Virus record (IMG/VR): IMGVR_UViG_3300010282_000007
Coordinates: 6,297 to 70,296 of that record
Reading direction: 5' to 3' (one strand)
DNA: 64,000 bases
Source of the DNA: a virus
Lineage: Duplodnaviria > Caudoviricetes
Shown: piece by piece, positions 10,143-20,033 of the stretch
Layout: every line of letters starts with the position of its first letter
Numbering within the stretch: position 1 is the first letter of the stretch
Position numbers and translations under genes: made by a program
The notes under the pieces: generated by a model
What the model saw: the letters and a program-made list of their open reading frames with translations, nothing else
What the model was told of the DNA's origin: nothing
Databases searched by the model: none

Positions 10143-10732
10143 GTCACCACAGCAGTAGCACCTTGGAAGATGCCCATACCGTCAGTAGCGGAAGAGGCGG
10201 AACTCGAACCGCTAAGAGTGATGCCGATTGGCTTGGCGGTGTCTGCGGAATCGAAGAGGACACTTGCAAGCAACTTCACCTTCTTGATGGCGAAGAGTTG
10301 AGTACCCTCGTCGTTGGCGGCTGCGATACCTACGCTGAAAGCCTTCTGCGTCTCTGCAAAGGTATAGCCGGAAGTTCCTGTGAACTTGAAATCGCCAGCG
10401 TCCGAATCTGCGATGGTCGGGCCAGTAGCAGAGGTGCTTACGTTGAAGCCACATGCCTGCAGCACATCCATGTCAACAGTCGGAATGAAGAGGTTGATTT
10501 CGGTCTCTCCGGGGGTCATTCGGCTGGTCCAGTCGCCATTCAGACCATGGACCTTGTAGTGGTCCACGTTGGGAGTACCGCCGCTGTAGGTGAAACCACC
10601 ATCTTCTGCGACAGGAATTTCCCTCACGGTTTGGTTAGTGATGGCGAAGTTGTCCCCGAAGCCACCAGTGATGAACCATAGGTGAGAAATGCCAACAAAG
10701 GCACCGCTCTGATAAGAACTGATTGTTGCCAT
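10133..10732 (-). CDS. Major tail (tube) protein, 199 aa
   Basis: Position after the tail-completion gene; G/T/S-rich beta-type sequence; followed by a terminator. Confidence 0.75.
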   Translation of the reverse strand: MATISSYQSGAFVGISHLWFITGGFGDNFAITNQTVREIPVAEDGGFTYSGGTPNVDHYKVHGLNGDWTSRMTPGETEINLFIPTVDMDVLQACGFNVSTSATGPTIADSDAGDFKFTGTSGYTFAETQKAFSVGIAAANDEGTQLFAIKKVKLLASVLFDSADTAKPIGITLSGSSSASSATDGMGIFQGATAVVTGG

Positions 10733-10748
10733 AATTCTTTGTCTTTAT

Positions 10749-11195
10749 TTATTCGTTATTCTTTCTCTCAAATACTCCCCACCTGCATTGCAAGTCGAAA
10801 GCAATAGTCGTGACTTGAAAGCCAAGTCCGTCAGAGCCGTTCATAAGAACGGAGGGGTTCGTAGCCTTGCAGCACTCTCCCTTGATAGGGAATAGTTCCA
10901 CAACGGCATCCACAAAATTACCTACTGCATTCACGTCAAGTGTCTGGTTCTTTTTCGATTGCGTGAATAGATGGAACACGCCACTCGTTGTCAACAGCGT
11001 CTTCCTACCGCCAATCACATAGTCGTTGATGTTCGCTGGCAGGTCGATAACGGCAAACTTGCTCATTGGAAGGTCGAAGTCCGATGCGTTCGGCCTGTCT
11101 TGCAAGAACAAGTATTTTGACTCTATCACGTTTTTCAACGCGTTCACCAAGTCTGCGTAGATGTAGTATAACGTTGACTTCTTTGCCATTATCAA
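10749..11195 (-). CDS. Putative tail terminator/completion protein, 148 aa
   Basis: Synteny in the neck region; size. Confidence 0.55.
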   Translation of the reverse strand: MIMAKKSTLYYIYADLVNALKNVIESKYLFLQDRPNASDFDLPMSKFAVIDLPANINDYVIGGRKTLLTTSGVFHLFTQSKKNQTLDVNAVGNFVDAVVELFPIKGECCKATNPSVLMNGSDGLGFQVTTIAFDLQCRWGVFERKNNE

Positions 11196-11764
11196 ATACG
11201 CTGCATAAATGTTAAACCAGTTCTGAGTGCATTTTCATGCGTTAGAATTACGCCCGTCGTGCTACGTTTTTGCTCCACCCATTCTGCATATTCAACCGTG
11301 TAGGCCACAACGATTTCAAACATGCAGCGAAATTTCGGCTTGTACGACATCAGAAATCTTTCCGCATCGTCCGCGCCATATCCCTTGTCGGTCGGGACTT
11401 CCGGTCGATACTTTGAAGCCTTTGCTCCGTCGTAATCGTTTGGCCTAAACACGTATGACCTTTTTCTTGGACCGGACATCTTCGGACGGATAGCCATTGG
11501 TATATTGCCAGCAGCATAGACAGCGTAAACGCATGTGCCACCTCGGTAAAGACCTGCGACGATGGAGTTGAGAAGGTTGCCAGTGAAATTGTGAGCCTTC
11601 GGTTCTTTTAACCTTTCCCTCACCGCAGTTGTCACCAGGTCATCGCACCACTCCCTAAGTGTTTCTTCTGTCTTGTCTTGGATGTACAGTTTGTAGTCCC
11701 TGACCGCAGAATTGATAATCGCGCTGTTAGTTCCGTCCATACCTCCAAAGTATATGTGTTCCAT
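11192..11764 (-). CDS. Putative neck/tail-completion protein (HK97 gp10-like position), 190 aa
   Basis: Synteny; TGNLLNSI and YAEWVE motifs resemble this class. Confidence 0.55.
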   Translation of the reverse strand: MEHIYFGGMDGTNSAIINSAVRDYKLYIQDKTEETLREWCDDLVTTAVRERLKEPKAHNFTGNLLNSIVAGLYRGGTCVYAVYAAGNIPMAIRPKMSGPRKRSYVFRPNDYDGAKASKYRPEVPTDKGYGADDAERFLMSYKPKFRCMFEIVVAYTVEYAEWVEQKRSTTGVILTHENALRTGLTFMQRI

Positions 11765-12122
11765 GGAAGTTAGCCGGAGTTATGTCAGTGACAGTGCCGT
11801 ATTCCGCATAAGAACCAAAGCAAACGGAAACTTCGTCACCGCCTCTTGGAGCAATGCCAAGGCAAGCCCAATCATCCTTTGTCAAAGGCAGGGCGAGACC
11901 TCTCTGCGATGTGATGATGTCCCCCCTGTCCGATGTTGTGTTTACCTTATAACACCTACACTTTCCATCGTAGATAACCTCAACACTTGCATCGTCCGTA
12001 GCAACGTAATCGGGTACGTCACTGCAAAGCGGAGTGTAGTCTTCCTGCTCGACAAGAGGACTCTTCTCAACCTTGCGTATTATACGGCAAAAGTGAGGGA
12101 AACGAGGATTTTCTACCGACAT
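11727..12122 (-). CDS. Putative head closure protein, 131 aa
   Basis: Synteny after the adaptor. Confidence 0.5.
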   Translation of the reverse strand: MSVENPRFPHFCRIIRKVEKSPLVEQEDYTPLCSDVPDYVATDDASVEVIYDGKCRCYKVNTTSDRGDIITSQRGLALPLTKDDWACLGIAPRGGDEVSVCFGSYAEYGTVTDITPANFHGTHILWRYGRN

Positions 12123-12547
12123 TTGCGACCAAACTTAGGGTATCTTCGTATCTTGTGGAAACCATTGCCCTTGAAACCCCATTTGCCCGTAGCCGCATCA
12201 AGAAGGATGTCATCAACACCCCACTTCCTGAGAAGTGCGCGAGCTATGAGCAACAACCTCCAACGGTCGGAATAAGACCAAGAACCATTGCTCTCCGAAT
12301 GCTCCCAATCTGCATCGCGGTCAGTAACACTATGGGAAGCACCACCACCAGGAGCAAGATAAAGGATAAGGTAGGCATAAGCCAAGTCCCTTTCTCTCTC
12401 CGTCAGCGAATACTCCACCTGCTCAAGGTCGATGTTAGCCTTGAAAGCGACATTCGACAAGATGGAGTCGCTAACGGAAATGTCAGGGAACAATCCCTTG
12501 ATGTAGTCAAGCGCGGTTCGTTGAGTCTCAGCCATGGTCAAAGGCAC
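12113..12547 (-). CDS. Putative head-tail adaptor, 144 aa
   Basis: First gene after the capsid; size typical of adaptors. Confidence 0.55.
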   Translation of the reverse strand: MPLTMAETQRTALDYIKGLFPDISVSDSILSNVAFKANIDLEQVEYSLTERERDLAYAYLILYLAPGGGASHSVTDRDADWEHSESNGSWSYSDRWRLLLIARALLRKWGVDDILLDAATGKWGFKGNGFHKIRRYPKFGRKCR

Positions 12548-12557
12548 GTCTTAGAGT

Positions 12558-13721
12558 TTATCCACCGTAGTCAGACCATACGGTTGCAATTCCGTAGTCG
12601 TTCACGTTGTTGAACACCGGGCCAGCATACAACTCGCAGTCCACAATGTTCATCATCGGGCGGTCTTGCCAAACATTCTGCACGGCAATACGCTCTTCGA
12701 CAAAGTGAGTGCGGACGCTGTCGTTGTGCGCACCTGCGGCTGCGCGGTCTCTCAAAATGCTGTGCATGCACTTCATTTCAAAGAGGCGGTAGGCGCGAGT
12801 GGCGGCAACCAAGTTGTGTTCGTCAAAAGCAGGAGCATCGGCAACTGCCTTTCCATCCTCCTCGTGGCGGGATTTGAAGTCAATGACATCAAACGGCCAA
12901 ATCTTCATTTCGGTGTGCAGCCAAGCAAGGATGTCGGTGCGGTTCACCTTGACATCGGAGGGGCTGTAATAGTTCTTGCTTGCCTTGTAGGCAGTAAGAA
13001 CGCTTGGATGGAGCAGAATCTTGTCGAGCATGCTCTTCGACATCTTCCAGTGGTCAACACCAAGGTTGCGCGTGTCTGTGTAGTAGTTCTGGAAGGTCAG
13101 CAAGTCCTCAATCACGTCGGCATTGGTGTTCGCGACAAGAACGGGAGTGCTGCCAGTGGTGTCCCAAATGTACCACTCCTTGCCGTTGTCGGGAGCGACA
13201 AAGTTGTCCTGCGGGATGTCGAACTTGAAATCGTACTTGTAGCCGTCAACGGCAACATCGTGAATCTCACCAGTGGACATGGCCTGCATGACCATATAGG
13301 TAAGTTCGTTGTGTACGCCGCCAAGCATGGCATCTGTATCGAGGATGAAACTGTCGGTCAGTTCCTCGCCAAAGGTGCGGTCGTTCAACTTCGACAGGCG
13401 ACGGAGTTCAATCATATCGTCCTGTGTGATGTTGAAACCATGGCCTACCTGCGGCAAAGTTCCTCCGTAGAGGCTCCATCCAACGGTGCTGCGCTGCGGC
13501 TTCTCGGAATGAGTACCAAGCACAGAAGCACGGACATAGATGGGGGTCTTCTTCAACCCTTGTTTCCACTCGCGCTCGTTGGTGGGAGTTCCCCAAGATG
13601 CGTATTTACGCCAAAGTGCATCGTTGTACTTGGCGTTCACGTTGTCAAGGATTAGACCGAAACTTTCAGCGTCCACATACTGATGCAGACCGCTGATGCT
13701 ATAAAGACTTTTATCTCTCAT
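12558..13721 (-). CDS. Major capsid protein (HK97 fold, major capsid E-like), 387 aa
   Basis: Size and position after scaffold/decoration genes; E-L-M-x-M-Q-A-x-S-T-G-type segment (ELTYMVMQAMSTGEI). Confidence 0.8.
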   Translation of the reverse strand: MRDKSLYSISGLHQYVDAESFGLILDNVNAKYNDALWRKYASWGTPTNEREWKQGLKKTPIYVRASVLGTHSEKPQRSTVGWSLYGGTLPQVGHGFNITQDDMIELRRLSKLNDRTFGEELTDSFILDTDAMLGGVHNELTYMVMQAMSTGEIHDVAVDGYKYDFKFDIPQDNFVAPDNGKEWYIWDTTGSTPVLVANTNADVIEDLLTFQNYYTDTRNLGVDHWKMSKSMLDKILLHPSVLTAYKASKNYYSPSDVKVNRTDILAWLHTEMKIWPFDVIDFKSRHEEDGKAVADAPAFDEHNLVAATRAYRLFEMKCMHSILRDRAAAGAHNDSVRTHFVEERIAVQNVWQDRPMMNIVDCELYAGPVFNNVNDYGIATVWSDYGG

Positions 13722-13741
13722 AATCTAATTCTCCTTTCTGT

Positions 13742-14404
13742 TTACTTGCGCGGTGAGAAATTGAAATAGCAGCCGTTTTCGCGAAGAGCCTTTTTCAGAC
13801 TTTCAGTCAGAGGAGGCATACGACGTTCAAGGACTGGACGGATGCAGAAGTAAACGGGGTCGATGTCGATGGCATAAGCATCGGGGTCAAGCACGTTGTC
13901 ACAATAGGTGAGGCCGTTGGGTACAACCTTGACTTTCTTCACGGCAGACGATACGGCTTCTGCAAGCACGTCACCCTCTGCGATGAAAGCGGTACCCTCG
14001 ACAGCGACGGCATCCATTGTCAGCACGTCAAAATCTGCGGCTGAATCATCAATGGCTGTCACGGTTGCGATGTTGGAGGCGGCTTGCGTGAGGTCATTGC
14101 CAACGACAATAAGCCCCATGCCAACCTTCGCAATACTGCCAGTCTCGAATTTCTCCACCTTCACGGTCTTGTCGGTTGTGTCAACCTCAAGAACCCTGAA
14201 AGTGTAGAGCGGAACGATGGTTCTTGCAACCTCGTCGTAGAACACGGCAGTACCTGCGGCCATCGCGTTTCCGTTCTGAGGCATAAGGCTGGTATCGCAA
14301 CTAAAACCGCCAACGGCGATTTCAGGCTTGCCCTCGTAGCATTTGCGCACGCCACCCCAGCCTTTGCTGAACTTTACGTAGTTGTTGATAGTTCCTGTTC
14401 TCAT
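13742..14404 (-). CDS. Head decoration protein (lambda gpD-like position), 220 aa
   Basis: Directly upstream of the capsid gene; beta-rich. Confidence 0.55.
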   Translation of the reverse strand: MRTGTINNYVKFSKGWGGVRKCYEGKPEIAVGGFSCDTSLMPQNGNAMAAGTAVFYDEVARTIVPLYTFRVLEVDTTDKTVKVEKFETGSIAKVGMGLIVVGNDLTQAASNIATVTAIDDSAADFDVLTMDAVAVEGTAFIAEGDVLAEAVSSAVKKVKVVPNGLTYCDNVLDPDAYAIDIDPVYFCIRPVLERRMPPLTESLKKALRENGCYFNFSPRK

Positions 14405-14445
14405 TTTAATGGATTTTTTCGCGTTTTACTTGCCCTCCGCAATGA

Positions 14446-15285
14446 TTATTGGAAGGTCTTGGCTATTTCAGCAGCGTAATTCGCGTTATCTGCGGCCTCT
14501 TGCTTCAGCCTCTCAATGCGCTCCTTTATGTAGGAGTTCCCACCATTCCCACCTTCACCAGAGCTTTCTCCTCCGAATGGTTTCCCGCCGTCAGCGTAGT
14601 AACGCTTGTAACGTTTCTCATAGGCGGCAATGGCCTTCTGCTTCAGTCCGTCAAACGTCGGCTCGTCTCCATAGTCAATGTCATCAAGGGCATCGTCCAC
14701 ACAAGCCTCGTTGTTGGCTTTCAGATTGATAAGGTGCTTTTTGAGTTCGTCCTTAACACGAATCTTTGCAGCGGTCTTCTCCCGCTCTGCCTGCTGCTTG
14801 ACAAAATCGGAAATAGTCGCGATGGACTTGCCAAGGTCGCTGTCTGCGCCTGTCAGTCCCTGGATGGCTTTTGCAACGGCCTCGCTGACTTTCTTGTCGA
14901 TGTCAACGACACCGCCTGGCTCACCACCATTCTCGCCTACTTTCCCTCCGTTCTCCGGGTGTTTCGTCTTGTACTCTTCCACCGCCTTTTCTGCGGCAAC
15001 GCGAATACGCTCCGCAACATCTTTCTCATGCTGAGTGGCATACTCTTGCGCGTAGTCTGCCTTGAACTTTTCCGTGAAAACTTTTTCGTCGTAGCGTTTC
15101 TGACCAGCAAACTCTGTGAGCGCGGCAACAGGAAACTTCCACGTGTCTTCGGTAATCTTGGAATCGTCTGCGAAAAGGGGAAGGTACACGTTGGCAATAC
15201 CCTCGAAGGTTTTGTCACTAATAGACTTGCAGTTGTCTTCTCCAACCTTTGTCCGTAAATTCTGAATGAGAATGTCTTTCTCCAT
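14446..15285 (-). CDS. Capsid scaffolding protein, 279 aa
   Basis: Charged, helical, G-rich linkers; first gene of the head operon. Confidence 0.6.
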   Translation of the reverse strand: MEKDILIQNLRTKVGEDNCKSISDKTFEGIANVYLPLFADDSKITEDTWKFPVAALTEFAGQKRYDEKVFTEKFKADYAQEYATQHEKDVAERIRVAAEKAVEEYKTKHPENGGKVGENGGEPGGVVDIDKKVSEAVAKAIQGLTGADSDLGKSIATISDFVKQQAEREKTAAKIRVKDELKKHLINLKANNEACVDDALDDIDYGDEPTFDGLKQKAIAAYEKRYKRYYADGGKPFGGESSGEGGNGGNSYIKERIERLKQEAADNANYAAEIAKTFQ

Positions 15286-15469
15286 GTGTTTTTTGATTTG
15301 GTTCTACTTTTGCGGCTTTTCTCGCCACTTTTGTAAAGAATTTTCTGCAAATATATATCAGAATTGGTGGTGTAAAAAAATTTTTTATTGGAAATGTTTG
15401 GTTTTCCAAGCAAAAAAGATGCAAATGAGGCATTTGAAGCGTAACTTTGCGACAAAAATGTAATGTATT
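15286..15469. promoter_or_regulatory. Divergent promoter region
   Basis: Bacteroidetes -7 box TAnnTTTG on both strands: TATATTTG (minus, 15348-15355) and TAACTTTG (plus, 15442-15449). Confidence 0.55.
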
Positions 15470-18247
15470 ATGACATCACACGAAAAATTTAAAGGGTTAA
15501 TGACACCTGACGGCAGACGTATCTACACGCATGAATATGTCAGCCAACTAAGGGAAGAAGAAGCGGAAAAGAAAAACTCAAAGTTCTTTATCGCACAAGA
15601 AGGGGCGCAGGAACTTGGCCTTGGAAACGTTGCCGACATCACCGTGTTTGGCGGCAATAGAGGGGGAGGAAAGGCAAACCCTGTCAATACACCAGTCGCA
15701 ACACCATCAGGATTTAGAAAAATGGGAGACCTTGAAGTCGGAGACCTTATCTGCACCCCATACGACGGAGTGCAGAAAGTAAGCGGCATCTACGAGCAAG
15801 GTGTCAACACCATCTACTCTTTCCATTTCGACGATGGTACTACGGTCGATTGCATGGACAATCATCGTTTTTGGGCAAAAACAAGGCCGAATGGGAAATA
15901 CCACGAAATGACAGCAAGGGAAATCATGAACAGGTACAAAATAGGTTCGCTTTATCCACTCTCGCTGAGAGCAGGTGTAAACAACTATGTCGAATTTCCA
16001 CTTTGCGGAGAGGTCGAACTGAACGAAAAAGTGACTGCCGTTGATTTACCAATACACCCATACGTCCTTGGATTTATTAGCGGAACGGGTTTTTGGAATT
16101 TCGCTTTGACTGGTGTGAAACTTTCTGACGATTATTTCAAGACAAGAAGATTTGCACGCCTTGGATATACCATAAAGAAAAACAAACGCGACGGCTTCTA
16201 CTACCTGAAAGGACTATCCGACGAAAACAGAAAGAAAATCACTTGCAGCAGACAAGAACAACCCGCAAGAGTTCCACACGAATATAGAACTGCTTCGATT
16301 GAATCGAGGTGGGAATATCTCAGAGGTGTCATGTTCAAGAAAGGGAGGTCTATGCACAAGCATCCTTGCCTTGCTCTCCCAAACAAAGAGTTTATTGAAG
16401 GAGTTGCTGAAGTGGCACGCTCTCTCGGAATTTGGGCAAAAGTTACGCAGGTTGAAGATGACCCTGAAAGAATTGGCTACTGGAAAGTTTCTTTTGTCGC
16501 ACCGGACGATGCAGACATCTGGCCGGACACAAAGAAATGCTTTAAACTTCGTGCAAGAAAGAATGGCGAGACAATCAAAAGCATGCCAGTCAACCCGGAC
16601 AAGCCAATTCTGACGAAAAAACTCTTATACATCACCAAGTCGAAGCACTTGAGAAAATGCAGGTGTATAACCGTGACTGGCAAAGACCATCTTTACATGA
16701 CAGATGCATACACCATCAACCACAACACCGTGACAATGCTCATGGAGCCGCTTTACGACATAAAGAACAAGCATTTCAACGGCATTATCTTCCGAAAGAA
16801 CAAAGATGATTTTGACAACATCATCAACGAAAGCAAGCGATGGTTCGACAAAATGGGGCGATACAACCGCTCGAAGGACGATATGACATGGTATTTTCAC
16901 TCTGGGGCAAAACTCGGACTGACGATTTACGACATGCCGATGGCTGACTTTGATGTCAAGTATCGCGGTCAGCAATTCGCATATATAGGAGTTGACGAGT
17001 TGCCGCAAATGCCGTTTGAAATGTTCAAGTTCCTCATGACATCAAACCGAAACACCGTCGGAGTCCATTCAAGAATGCTTGGAACTTGCAACCCGGATCC
17101 TTTAAGTTGGCTGAGAAAGTTTGTCGATTGGTGGATAGGGAAGGAAGACACCATTTACTCCGATGGGTTGAAACACCCCGAAAGAAAAGGGTTCGCCATA
17201 CCTGAAAGAGACGGGCAAGTGAGGTATTGCTATATGCCTGACGATTCCGTTGACAACATCGTCTGGGGCGACACACCGGAAGAGGTCTATGAACAATGCC
17301 GCGAACTGATTGACGATGCATGGGACCCTGAATGGGAACAGTTCGGTTATACAAAAACTTCTTTCTTCGTCAAGTCGGTCACATTCATCAAAGCATCGCT
17401 GAAAGACAACAAGGCTCTTCTGAAAAACGACCCATCATACGTTGCAAACCTCCTCAACCAGCCACCTGAAATCAGGGCGAGAGAGTTTGACGGAAATTGG
17501 GACATTGTGAAAATGGGGGATGATATGATACAGGCATACCACCTCGACAAGGTGTTTCAAAACGCTCAAATGGTTGGTGACAAAGTTCGACGCGCAACTT
17601 GCGACGTAGCGGCAACTGGCGGTGACAACTGCGTGACGTGGCTATGGATAGGATGGCATGTCGCTGACGTGTTTGTCTGCCGCAGAGACCCGATAACAAC
17701 GACAAAACTCCTGGAGGCAAAACTTAGGGAATGGGGAGTGCTTGAGGAAAATTTTGCATACGACCTCAACGGAATGGGACAAGTCCTTAAAGGTGCATTT
17801 CCAAGAGCGGTCCCATTCAACAACCAAGAGGCCGTTTCCCCAAAGGACAAAAACCTATACGACAACAAAAAGTCGCAATGCGCGTACAAGTTTGCCGAAA
17901 GGACACAGCAGGCAAACTGGAGCATCGAGCCATCGCTTCTCAAAAGAAAATACAAAATCGGGAAGGAAACGAAAACTCTTTACGACATCCTCCAAATAGA
18001 AAGAAGATGCGTCAAGAAAGACATGTCAAAGGAAGACAAAGGCTGGTGCCTTATCCACAAAGAGCAAATGAAAAACAAAGCCGTTGTTGGACACTCACCT
18101 GACTTCTTCGAGGCTCTCTTCATGCGAGAAATCTTTGACATCAAACACACACAGGCCGTCATTCCATCTTGGCTAAACAAGTCTGGGAGGATAAGGTCTG
18201 CAAGAAAACTATCTGGCAATGCCTACGCTTCAATACAATTCTCTTAA
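15470..18247 (+). CDS. terL: Terminase large subunit containing an intein, 925 aa precursor
   Basis: Walker A GGNRGGGK|T split by the intein; Walker B IGVDE; coupling motif GTCNP; nuclease DVAATGGD; C-terminal HSPDFFEAL. Confidence 0.92.
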   Translation: MTSHEKFKGLMTPDGRRIYTHEYVSQLREEEAEKKNSKFFIAQEGAQELGLGNVADITVFGGNRGGGKANPVNTPVATPSGFRKMGDLEVGDLICTPYDGVQKVSGIYEQGVNTIYSFHFDDGTTVDCMDNHRFWAKTRPNGKYHEMTAREIMNRYKIGSLYPLSLRAGVNNYVEFPLCGEVELNEKVTAVDLPIHPYVLGFISGTGFWNFALTGVKLSDDYFKTRRFARLGYTIKKNKRDGFYYLKGLSDENRKKITCSRQEQPARVPHEYRTASIESRWEYLRGVMFKKGRSMHKHPCLALPNKEFIEGVAEVARSLGIWAKVTQVEDDPERIGYWKVSFVAPDDADIWPDTKKCFKLRARKNGETIKSMPVNPDKPILTKKLLYITKSKHLRKCRCITVTGKDHLYMTDAYTINHNTVTMLMEPLYDIKNKHFNGIIFRKNKDDFDNIINESKRWFDKMGRYNRSKDDMTWYFHSGAKLGLTIYDMPMADFDVKYRGQQFAYIGVDELPQMPFEMFKFLMTSNRNTVGVHSRMLGTCNPDPLSWLRKFVDWWIGKEDTIYSDGLKHPERKGFAIPERDGQVRYCYMPDDSVDNIVWGDTPEEVYEQCRELIDDAWDPEWEQFGYTKTSFFVKSVTFIKASLKDNKALLKNDPSYVANLLNQPPEIRAREFDGNWDIVKMGDDMIQAYHLDKVFQNAQMVGDKVRRATCDVAATGGDNCVTWLWIGWHVADVFVCRRDPITTTKLLEAKLREWGVLEENFAYDLNGMGQVLKGAFPRAVPFNNQEAVSPKDKNLYDNKKSQCAYKFAERTQQANWSIEPSLLKRKYKIGKETKTLYDILQIERRCVKKDMSKEDKGWCLIHKEQMKNKAVVGHSPDFFEALFMREIFDIKHTQAVIPSWLNKSGRIRSARKLSGNAYASIQFS
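15674..16726 (+). mobile_element. Intein (351 aa, Ala1...His-Asn/Thr+1) with degenerate LAGLIDADG domain
   Basis: Starts ANPVNTPVATPSG; block B DGTTVDCMDNHRFW; block F CRCITV..DHLYMT; ends INHN|T. Removal restores GGGKT. Confidence 0.88.
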
Positions 18248-18268
18248 AAACCAAAACAAATTACGAAT

Positions 18269-20026
18269 ATGTCAGACAACAAGAACAACCTCAATCTAAG
18301 GGAACTTTTAACAAAGAAACCTTTCACGAGAATTTTGCCGGACGGACATTACGACCACGGCTACACTTTTGGCGAGGTTCGCGAAATGCAGCCCGTTCCC
18401 GACAAGTTGCGAAGAAAGATTGTCACGCAGGAAGACTTCATGCGTGAACTCGACCCCGCTGGGCATCTCATAAACGATAGGGAACTATATCCCGACGTGT
18501 GGCAGAAAAATGAAGAGGATGGGAAATGGTATATTCAAGAAATTCCACGGTACGCATTTTCATACCAGCAAATCATCCTCATAAAACACCTCACGCACCT
18601 TTGCGGCAACGACATACAGTTTGAACTGACAGACAAGAGCGTGAATGAAAATACGCAGAAAGTCTTCAACGAACATCGAAACGGATGGGCGAACAAGAAC
18701 ATGGAGGTGGCATGGTACCAACTCGCAAAGTCGGTAAAGGCTACTGGCGATGGGGCATTTGTTGGTTTTCTCGACAAGGGAAAGTTTGAATGGAAAGTTT
18801 TGTCATTCCTCAATGGCGACAAACTTTACCCACACTACGACCTCCGGACAGGAAAGTTGAACACGCTGGCACGAACATACTCAAACTACGCAGAAGACGG
18901 CAGCGTCACAAAAAGATACATCGACGTATGGGACGATGAATACTACTACCGCTTTGTGGCTGACGGAGACCCGACATCACTGCTCGACAAAGCAAAACAA
19001 GCGGTGTTCAAATTGTTCTCCGTTGGCGGCTACAAGTTGGAATGGGCGGAAAGACATGGGTTTGATTCCATTCCGGTCTCTTACATGCGCGATGACAACG
19101 GACCATGCTGGACTTTTTCGGAGGAAACAATAGAACATTACGAGTTGGCATTCTCCAACCTCGCACACTCAAACCATGACTTCGGACTGCCAATCATGTA
19201 CGTGAAAGGGGAGGGGAGCGAAGAGGTCACGACAAACGACATGAGCTATGCCTCGAAAATCATGATACTCCCATCGGACGGAGAAATAGGTTTCCTCAAC
19301 CGACAGGACGCAAGCAATGCGTACAAGGGAGAACTTGACAAGTTGGAAGACAGCATCTACAAGCAATCGTTTGCCGTAAAAACACCCGAACTGAAATCAG
19401 GCGACACTCCGGGGGTGGCATTGAAAATCATGTACTCCGATGCTTACGAGAAAGCCATGACTGACGCGCATGAGTATGACGGAGCAATCGACAAGATGAT
19501 TGAGATATTCAACTGGGGGTTCGGAATAGAAAGCGAGAAAAGACTTTCGTTCATCAACACTAACATAAGGCATTACATAGAGCCTTATATTCATGTAAAC
19601 TTTTCCGAACTCACGCAAAACCTCAACGTCGCCGTGCTTGGAGGTTTCCTGTCAAAGCAAACGGCATCGGAGAAACTTCCATACGCTACGCCGCAGGAAT
19701 GGGACAGAATACTCAGAGAAAAGCACGAGGAGGAAAAGCAACAACTCTTGCTTGAGGAGCAGCGCATTGATATACAAAACGAGGCTAACGTTGAAATGCA
19801 AGAAAACCTCGCAGAAATCCAAACGGAACAGCAAGTGGAGGTAATCAAGGCGCAAAACCAAATTCAGGAAGGCGAAGAGAAAAAGGGCAAAGCAACGAAC
19901 AAGAAAAAGTATTCCGTCGCAACAGGACGCGGAGCAGGGAGGCCGAATCGAACTGGGAAAAAATGGGATGAGAACGGGAACTGGGAAGGCCGCAATAACT
20001 GGGACAAATGGAACACAACACACTGA
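18269..20026 (+). CDS. Portal protein (SPP1 gp6-like), 585 aa
   Basis: Follows terL; size; SGDTPGVALKIMY and FLSKQTA motifs. Confidence 0.85.
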   Translation: MSDNKNNLNLRELLTKKPFTRILPDGHYDHGYTFGEVREMQPVPDKLRRKIVTQEDFMRELDPAGHLINDRELYPDVWQKNEEDGKWYIQEIPRYAFSYQQIILIKHLTHLCGNDIQFELTDKSVNENTQKVFNEHRNGWANKNMEVAWYQLAKSVKATGDGAFVGFLDKGKFEWKVLSFLNGDKLYPHYDLRTGKLNTLARTYSNYAEDGSVTKRYIDVWDDEYYYRFVADGDPTSLLDKAKQAVFKLFSVGGYKLEWAERHGFDSIPVSYMRDDNGPCWTFSEETIEHYELAFSNLAHSNHDFGLPIMYVKGEGSEEVTTNDMSYASKIMILPSDGEIGFLNRQDASNAYKGELDKLEDSIYKQSFAVKTPELKSGDTPGVALKIMYSDAYEKAMTDAHEYDGAIDKMIEIFNWGFGIESEKRLSFINTNIRHYIEPYIHVNFSELTQNLNVAVLGGFLSKQTASEKLPYATPQEWDRILREKHEEEKQQLLLEEQRIDIQNEANVEMQENLAEIQTEQQVEVIKAQNQIQEGEEKKGKATNKKKYSVATGRGAGRPNRTGKKWDENGNWEGRNNWDKWNTTH

Positions 20027-20033
20027 TTGACTC

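Noticed and set aside
86-15258. Many plus-strand ORFs (e.g. 12666-13655, 14449-15258, 2995-3453)
   Set aside because: Antisense shadows of the structural genes, with no motifs or leaders.
15661-15670. G5 run in terL as a phase-variation tract
   Set aside because: Short, and explained by the Gly codons of the Walker A motif.
16040-16400. Active LAGLIDADG homing endonuclease in the intein
   Set aside because: Both motifs lack the catalytic Asp/Glu residues.
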